Assembly (NCBI GenBank): GCA_963740355.1
Contig: CAVUDW010000002.1
Span: 96,001-160,000 of the forward strand
Source: an uncultured Gemmatimonadaceae bacterium
Lineage (GTDB): Bacteria; Gemmatimonadota; Gemmatimonadetes; Gemmatimonadales; Gemmatimonadaceae
Reading direction: 5' to 3'
DNA: 64,000 nucleotides
This document shows, piece after piece, positions 58,326 through 64,000 of this stretch. How positions within the stretch are numbered: the stretch's first letter is position 1; every line of letters begins with the position of its first letter. The notes below the pieces were generated by a model. The model was not told where the DNA came from. It searched no databases and saw nothing but the letters and a program-made list of their open reading frames with translations. A program made the translations under genes and the position numbers.

Positions 58326-59185
58326 TACGCAGCCTTCGCCGCTTTCGCGAGTTCTTCGAGCTCGGCGAAGGTGGGACGATCGCCTGGCTCGATGTTGCGG
58401 CGGGCGAACTCGACGGCGGTCATCGGCGCGTCACCGCGCGCGAAGCTCAATAGCGCGGTCTTGATGCACATCAGGTACGCGTGTTCGCTCGCATTCCGCA
58501 TTTCGATCGATTTCGCGATCGGGCCGAAGAGGCCGTAACACAACAGAATGCCGATGAATGTCCCCACGAGTGCGGCGGCCACCTTGGCGCCGATTTCTGC
58601 CGGTGGGCCACCGATGGCGCCCATCGTGATGATGACGCCGAGCACGGCGGCCACGATGCCGAAGGCCGGCATGGCGTCGCCAACGCCGGCGATCGCGCCG
58701 GGAACGAGGCTCGCCTCGTGATGGTGCTGATCGAGATCCATGTCGAGGATCTCAGCCAGGTTGTGATCTTCAATGGTCCCGGTGAGCAGCACCTTGAGCG
58801 TGTCGGCCAGCAAGGACACGGCATGATGGTGATGCATGAAGCCGGGATACTTGCTGAAGATGTCGCTCTTCTCGGGCTCCTCGATGTGCGACTCGAGACC
58901 CACCAGGCCATCCTTGCGGGCCTTGTTGAAGATCTGGAAGAGCACCTGCAGCAACTCGCCGTACGCCTTCTTGTCGAACGGGTTCGGCTTCAGCAGTCCC
59001 ATCACGCCCGCTGCGATAGCCTTCAGCACGGCGGGAGGATTGGCCATGATCATGGAGCCGATGCCGGCACCAAGTATGATGATGAACTCGGTGGGTTGCC
59101 AGAGCACGCCAATCTTGCCATGGTGCATCATGTATCCGCCAATGACGGATCCGACGACAACCACGAGACCGATGATCAGGAACAC
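58325..59185 (-). CDS. motA: Flagellar stator subunit MotA
   Basis: ARKDGLVGLE, MPAFGIVAAVLG, ALVGTFIG, AVEFAR. Confidence 0.96.
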   Translation of the reverse strand: MFLIIGLVVVVGSVIGGYMMHHGKIGVLWQPTEFIIILGAGIGSMIMANPPAVLKAIAAGVMGLLKPNPFDKKAYGELLQVLFQIFNKARKDGLVGLESHIEEPEKSDIFSKYPGFMHHHHAVSLLADTLKVLLTGTIEDHNLAEILDMDLDQHHHEASLVPGAIAGVGDAMPAFGIVAAVLGVIITMGAIGGPPAEIGAKVAAALVGTFIGILLCYGLFGPIAKSIEMRNASEHAYLMCIKTALLSFARGDAPMTAVEFARRNIEPGDRPTFAELEELAKAAKAA

Positions 59186-59293
59186 GGGAGATAAGTCCAG
59201 GCAAAGGGTCAGCGGACGACCCGAGGTCGCCTTCCGTGTGGGAGTATCGGCCGGTTCTCACGCGGTCTGGACTGTAGGCCGGAGGGCGGCACC

Positions 59294-60031
59294 ATGAGCA
59301 TCGTCGTGGCACCCACTGGCCCGAGCACACCGGGCAGCGTCCGTGAACCGATGTGGTCCGACGTGCAGGGCTGGTTCGAGACCATCGACGCCATCATCCG
59401 CGGCTTGGGCCACGGTCTCAACAACCGCGCCCTCGCCCTCAGTGCCACCATCGAGTCGCTCGACCCGAAGCGCCCTGTGGGCCAGCACATCGGCAACGCC
59501 CTGACCCGTGAATCGGAACGGCTGACCGAGCAATTGCGACAGCTGCGCGCCCTGCCCTTCGCGATCGAGCGGGAGCCCATGCCCCTGCTGCTGCGCGATG
59601 TGCTGACCGCCGCCATGCAGCTGCACCGCTCCCATGCCAGTCTCGGTGATGTTCCGGTGTATCTGGAGGGGTCGGTGGACGCACCGCCGGTGCTCGCACC
59701 GGAGTCGGCGCTGCTGCATGCGACGCTGGTGACGCTGACGTCGTTGAAGCAGTTCGCCGCGCCCGGCGGGTTGGTGCGGCTGACGTTTTCCGGGACACCG
59801 GATCAGGTGGAGATCGTGCTGATGGCGCAGCGCGACCCGGGTGATGAACGCGCGACCATCGCATCGGACCTGCTGGTGAAACCGACGGCGCTGGCGGCAG
59901 CGCTCCTCGCCGGGTCGTCGCTCGAGATCGACCAGCGGATCGGGCTGACGACCGCGTCGGTGACCTGGACCCTGCCCAGCCTGCGCGAAATGCGGCGACG
60001 GGCCCGTGAAGCGAAGGCGCTGGCCGGCTGA
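59294..60031 (+). CDS. Sensor-less degenerate histidine-kinase fold (ChpT-like phosphotransferase candidate)
   Basis: GGAGG RBS; H-box-like GLGHGLNNRA; CA-like topology with no N/G1/G2 residues. Confidence 0.55.
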   Translation: MSIVVAPTGPSTPGSVREPMWSDVQGWFETIDAIIRGLGHGLNNRALALSATIESLDPKRPVGQHIGNALTRESERLTEQLRQLRALPFAIEREPMPLLLRDVLTAAMQLHRSHASLGDVPVYLEGSVDAPPVLAPESALLHATLVTLTSLKQFAAPGGLVRLTFSGTPDQVEIVLMAQRDPGDERATIASDLLVKPTALAAALLAGSSLEIDQRIGLTTASVTWTLPSLREMRRRAREAKALAG

Positions 60032-60047
60032 TTCTGGCTGGCGATCC

Positions 60048-60163
60048 CGGCGCAAACTGCCGGACGAGCGGCAAGACCCGCCGACCTGAACGGTGATTCG
60101 AGGGAGAGCTGAATTCTCAACTCGTTGCAATACAACTGTTTACGACATGGCATGGGGGGTGCT
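60048..60163 (+). promoter_or_regulatory. Candidate sigma-54 promoter with paired enhancers and an IHF-like tract
   Basis: TGGCATGGGGGGTGCT (60148-60163); CGGC-N7-GCCG at 60048 and 60069; CAACTCGTTGCAATACAACTGTTTA. Confidence 0.6.
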
Positions 60164-60207
60164 TTGGGCGAGGGGACACCCGATCGCTCACGGATCAGAG
60201 GATTCCC

Positions 60208-61159
60208 ATGTCTATGCCCAACGTCGTGCACCCGTGGTCTACCAGCCCGGCATCGTTCATCACTCCCTTCCCGGATGTGATCGTGTCGTCGGCCGAACCC
60301 GAGGTCACGACCGACGTCGCCCCGATTGCCCAGGCGCTGTTCACGGCCGGCTACCAGTCGGCGGCAATCGCGCTGGCCGAAGCGAGTCCGGACGAGATAC
60401 TGCACGGCATCGCGGCCGGCTGGCGGATGATCGTCGCGGCTGATGCCGCGCTGGCCGAGCAGATCGGCCGCGGCGGTGGGCGTGCTGATTCCATCGCTGC
60501 CGATGCGAAAGGACGGTTCGCCACGGTTCGTGGTGCAGATCCATGACGCCGACACCGCAGTCGCCGCCATCGCGCAGGAACAGGGCGATAGCGGCGTGGA
60601 CGCGGAGATGCGGCTCTTCCTCGACGAAGCGCTGCGCGATGGGGACCGGTTTGTGGACGCATCGCCGAGCGCCGGATTTGCCGCGTTGAGTGCGGCGAGC
60701 GGCGCGGCGGTGACGAGCGTGATCGTGCTCTGCGAGGACGCTGAGCAGTGTGCGGCGATCGAGGCCAGCGCGCGCTGGAGTGATCTGTCGGCAAGCGTCA
60801 CTGCACGCGAAGGCGTCTCGCTGGACGCCGTGCCGTTCGGCGCGGCTGTCGAGGGTGCCTCGACTATTCTCCACGCCGGCAGTGCGGCGGCCGTGGCTCC
60901 GCTGCTGCGCACCGCGCGGGGCGCGTTGGAACGGAGAGAGATCGGCGCGGTGGCCTGGCGCTGTGGACGCGCAGACGAATCGGGCCGCGATGCGGAGAAT
61001 CTGCAGGTCGCGGCGGCGGTGCTCGGCGTGTTCGGCTTCATCCACTTCGCACTCGCGGAAGGGGCGAACGGGACCGAGCTCGTTCCAGCCGAGGCGATGG
61101 CGAGCAATGAGATGATCTTCTCGATCGAGCCGAGCTTCCTGGCGCGGTTCGCGTCATGA
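60208..61159 (+). pseudogene. Frameshifted ORF, possibly a degenerate FkbM-like methyltransferase fold
   Basis: Two overlapping ORFs fuse if one G is removed at ~60466; FVDASPSAGFAAL resembles SAM-binding motif I. Confidence 0.55.
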
Positions 61160-63250
61160 CTGCTGTGTCGTTGCGTGTGGTGCCTCCGTCGCCTGCGACG
61201 GATGTGCACGATGGCGCGACTCAGTTGTTCACCGCGCTGGCGACGTCACAGTCGCCAGCGTTTGGCGATTCAGGACGCCTGTCGACCGCTGCGGAAATTG
61301 CCACCTCGGAGATCGAGGCGGCGTGGGGAAATGCGCGAGTGGTAAGCTTCGACGTGTTCGACACGCTGATCGTGCGGAAGGTCGCGGCGCCGCGTGATGT
61401 GTTCCTGCACCTTGCAACACCGTCGCCGTTCTCGTCATGGGGGATGGGTGCGCTCGAACTGGCGCAGCACAGGCAGGAGGCGGAAAACGAGGCCCGTCGA
61501 CGCGGCGTCGTCGCACGCGGAAGTGCGGAAGTCACGCTGCACGAGATTCATGCCGTGCTGGCGGAGCGACTGTTCCGCACCGAGACGGACGTGCCGGCCA
61601 TGGTGCAGGCCGAACGACTGGTGGAGCGCGCGCTCTGCGTCGCGCATCCGCACCTGCGGCGATTGTTCGATCGCGCGCAACGCGACGGCAAGACGGTCTG
61701 GTGCGTGAGCGACACGTATCACGAAGAGGTCTTTCTCCGCGAGCTGCTCGAATTCTGCGGCTTCGCGGTGACTGGGCTGCAGGTCGTGAGCTCCGCCGAT
61801 CTGCGAATGTCCAAAGGCGAAGGGAAGGTGCTACGTCGCCTCGCGACCGAGGCGAAGGTGTCGCCCTCCGATGTACTGCACATCGGTGATCATCCGCAAT
61901 CCGACGGAGCGATTCCGCTGGAGCAGGGCTTTCGCGCCGTCTGTCATCCCTGGGCGGCCAGCCAGCATTCGGATCGGCCCAGCATCGGCGCCGGGCGATT
62001 CAGTCGCGCTCGGCCTGGCCCAGATCGGCTCACGCGTGGTGGAACCGGCGTTCCCCTTCTGGTGGCGCTTCGGTTATTCCGTTGCTGGGCCTCTGCTGAG
62101 CGGCTTCGCATTGTGGTTGCACGATCGATTCATGGCCGATGGTGTGCAGCGCGCGTACTTCCTGCTGCGCGATGGCGAGATCATCCTCGATGTGTATCGC
62201 GCATTGCTGGGTGATCGCCCGGGGCCCAGCACCGCGCTGCTCGAGTCGTCACGTCGAGCCTTCATCCTGCCAGCGCTGGAGGCGGGAAACCCATCGGTGA
62301 CCGCACAACTGCTGGCGTGCGAAAATGCGCGTCCGGCGCGCGAGTTCCTCGAGCGGATCGGGCTCCGCGCGACTGACTTTGCCGCAGCCTTTCGCGCAGT
62401 TGGCCTGGAGTCGATCGACACGATCGTCGACCGCCGAGACAACACGGCCATGGCGAAGGTGGCCGCCTTGTTCGGGCGTATGGATGTGGTGAACGCGATG
62501 GTGTCGCGATCCCGGACCGAGCGCGCATTGCTGTGGAAGTTCCTCGCGCAGGAAGGGGTGTTGGCACCCGGTCATGTCGGGCTGGTCGACATCGGGTGGA
62601 ATGGCACGATCCAGAAGGCGCTGATGTCGGTGGCGAAGGTCGAGCAGACGCCGCTCGATCTCTCTGGGTACTACCTCGGCACACAGCCGGCCATTTCCGC
62701 GGACCTGAACGGGAGTGCCGCGAGCGGATACCTGTTCAACGCCGGCGCACCTTTCGAGCGGGCGCGGGCCGTGACGCAGCTGCAGCAGTTGGTGGAATTC
62801 ATCTGTACGACCACACGCGGCAGCCTGCGTGGCTTTCGCGCTGAGGGGAAGTCGGTCGTGCCGGTGCATAGCGCCGTGGATCATCCCGCGTCGCAGCACG
62901 AGGCGGTGGCGCAACTGCGCGACGGTGCTGTCGCGTACGCGCGCGGGTTGGCGCAGGAACGAAAGGTGTTCGGTGACGATCCGATCAGCGCTGACGCTGC
63001 GCTGCGACACCTGGCGCGGACCATCCAGCAGCCGACTGCTGAAGAAGCCGCAGCCATCGGCGACATCCAGCATGGCGAAGGGCTCGGGGCGGATCGTGTG
63101 CGATCCTTCGCCGCATTCAGCGACGGCGCGTTCACCGCGCAATCGCTGCTCGAGGATCATGCGCGGGCGTACTGGCCAGCCGGGCTGCTCGCGCGTCGCG
63201 AGCCCGCTGCACTGGCGCTACGCGCGCTGCTTTGGCTGCGAAGCGCGTAA
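61156..63250 (+). pseudogene. HAD-superfamily hydrolase of glycosylation loci, split by a frameshift at ~61979
   Basis: SFDVFDTL, SDTY, K, HIGD..SD; second half has GPLL, FLLRDG, SRRA, VDIGWNGTIQ. Confidence 0.8.
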
Positions 63251-63251
63251 G

Positions 63252-64000
63252 GTGAAACTGCCCGTCGTGCTCCTGCCCTCCGGCGCGTCGAGCGGTGCGC
63301 GCGAGCGGACGCTTGCGTCGGTGTCGGCACAGAGCATCGATGTCGAGGTGGTGACGACAACCGAGGCATTGCTGCGTGGCTCCGGAGAATTCGTTGCGCT
63401 CGTCTTGTCCGGCACGGTGCTGGACGCCACGGCATGTGAACGGGCTGTCTGGTTCCTGGCGTCGCATCCGGCCGTGCCGTGTGTCACAGGCGCATCGGCT
63501 ACACCATCGGCCACCTCGGCGATGTTGGCAGCGGCGCTGCAGTTCGTGGTGATGCGCATGTCTGTCGCGCAGCGACTGCTCGACGCGGGTGACCAGCTGC
63601 AGGCCGCAACAGCGATCGCTCTCATCATCGGGTCGCGACGCGAGTCGGGACGGGGTGCGGGATGGGTGTCAGACCCCCTGATTCGCGCAAACGCGGATCC
63701 GGCGATCCTCGTACGAATTGAAGCCGAGGCGCATGTCGCCCTGCAGCAGCTCGCTCTCGATGACGCAGCGTTATTCGATCTTGGCGCCAGTGGAGTGCCG
63801 GTGGCGCCGCAGCAGGCGCTGACGAGTGTTGCGTGGCCAGCCATCGACGTTAAACGCGCGCCCACCGGCGGCATGCGGATTCTCGCACTGCTGCAGGGAT
63901 TTCCGATGGGTGGCTACACCGCGTTCAACGCTGAGTTGCTGCCCCGCCTGACCGCCTCAGGGCACGCGGTGACCACCTGCACGACGGAGTTCTTCCGCAC
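63252..64000 (+). CDS. Glycosyltransferase, partial (degenerate GT2-like domain then start of a GT4-like domain); not in the ORF track
   Basis: Manual translation from GTG is open to the window end: RTLASVSAQS, GEFVALV, ERAVWFLASHP, MRILALLQGFPMGGY. Confidence 0.75.
   Translation, partial: MKLPVVLLPSGASSGARERTLASVSAQSIDVEVVTTTEALLRGSGEFVALVLSGTVLDATACERAVWFLASHPAVPCVTGASATPSATSAMLAAALQFVVMRMSVAQRLLDAGDQLQAATAIALIIGSRRESGRGAGWVSDPLIRANADPAILVRIEAEAHVALQQLALDDAALFDLGASGVPVAPQQALTSVAWPAIDVKRAPTGGMRILALLQGFPMGGYTAFNAELLPRLTASGHAVTTCTTEFFR

Noticed and set aside
57489..59185. motAB as ZorAB of a Zorya defence system
   Set aside because: Canonical MotA length with no long ZorA tail, flagellar-type motifs, and no zorC/D/E

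Overview
High-GC bacterial chromosome segment; gene content and style suggest Gemmatimonadota (inference). It is mostly housekeeping and signalling: YhaM-like HD nuclease, SPFH, PD40 propeller, CtpA, an NtrB/NtrC-type pair, an RND pump, HD-GYP, mqnD, glutamine synthetases of type I and III, a sulfite-oxidase-family enzyme with cytochrome c, an L,D-transpeptidase, tRNA-Cys, an SDR/ACAD/APH operon, an ABC exporter, EAL-HDOD, motAB and the start of a glycosylation operon. An accessory-looking block lies at about 25-33.5 kb. Most interesting: (1) an orphan plasmid-type replication-initiator gene placed 1 nt downstream of a MerR-like gene among core genes; (2) a dispersed AAGGGGTCAGAGATCTTG repeat family on a 71-bp period, which also forms 98-bp direct repeats around a TetR-cupin cassette; (3) three degenerate histidine kinases, one lacking the phospho-His and two lacking ATP-binding boxes; (4) a fold-less protein that is polyacidic at one end and histone-H1-like at the other; (5) an IS3 element in the centre of a second inverted-repeat cluster with no target duplication; (6) two candidate sigma-54 promoters with paired palindromic enhancers; (7) single-base frameshifts in two consecutive glycosylation genes. 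No database searches were run; all calls come from motif recognition and manual counting.
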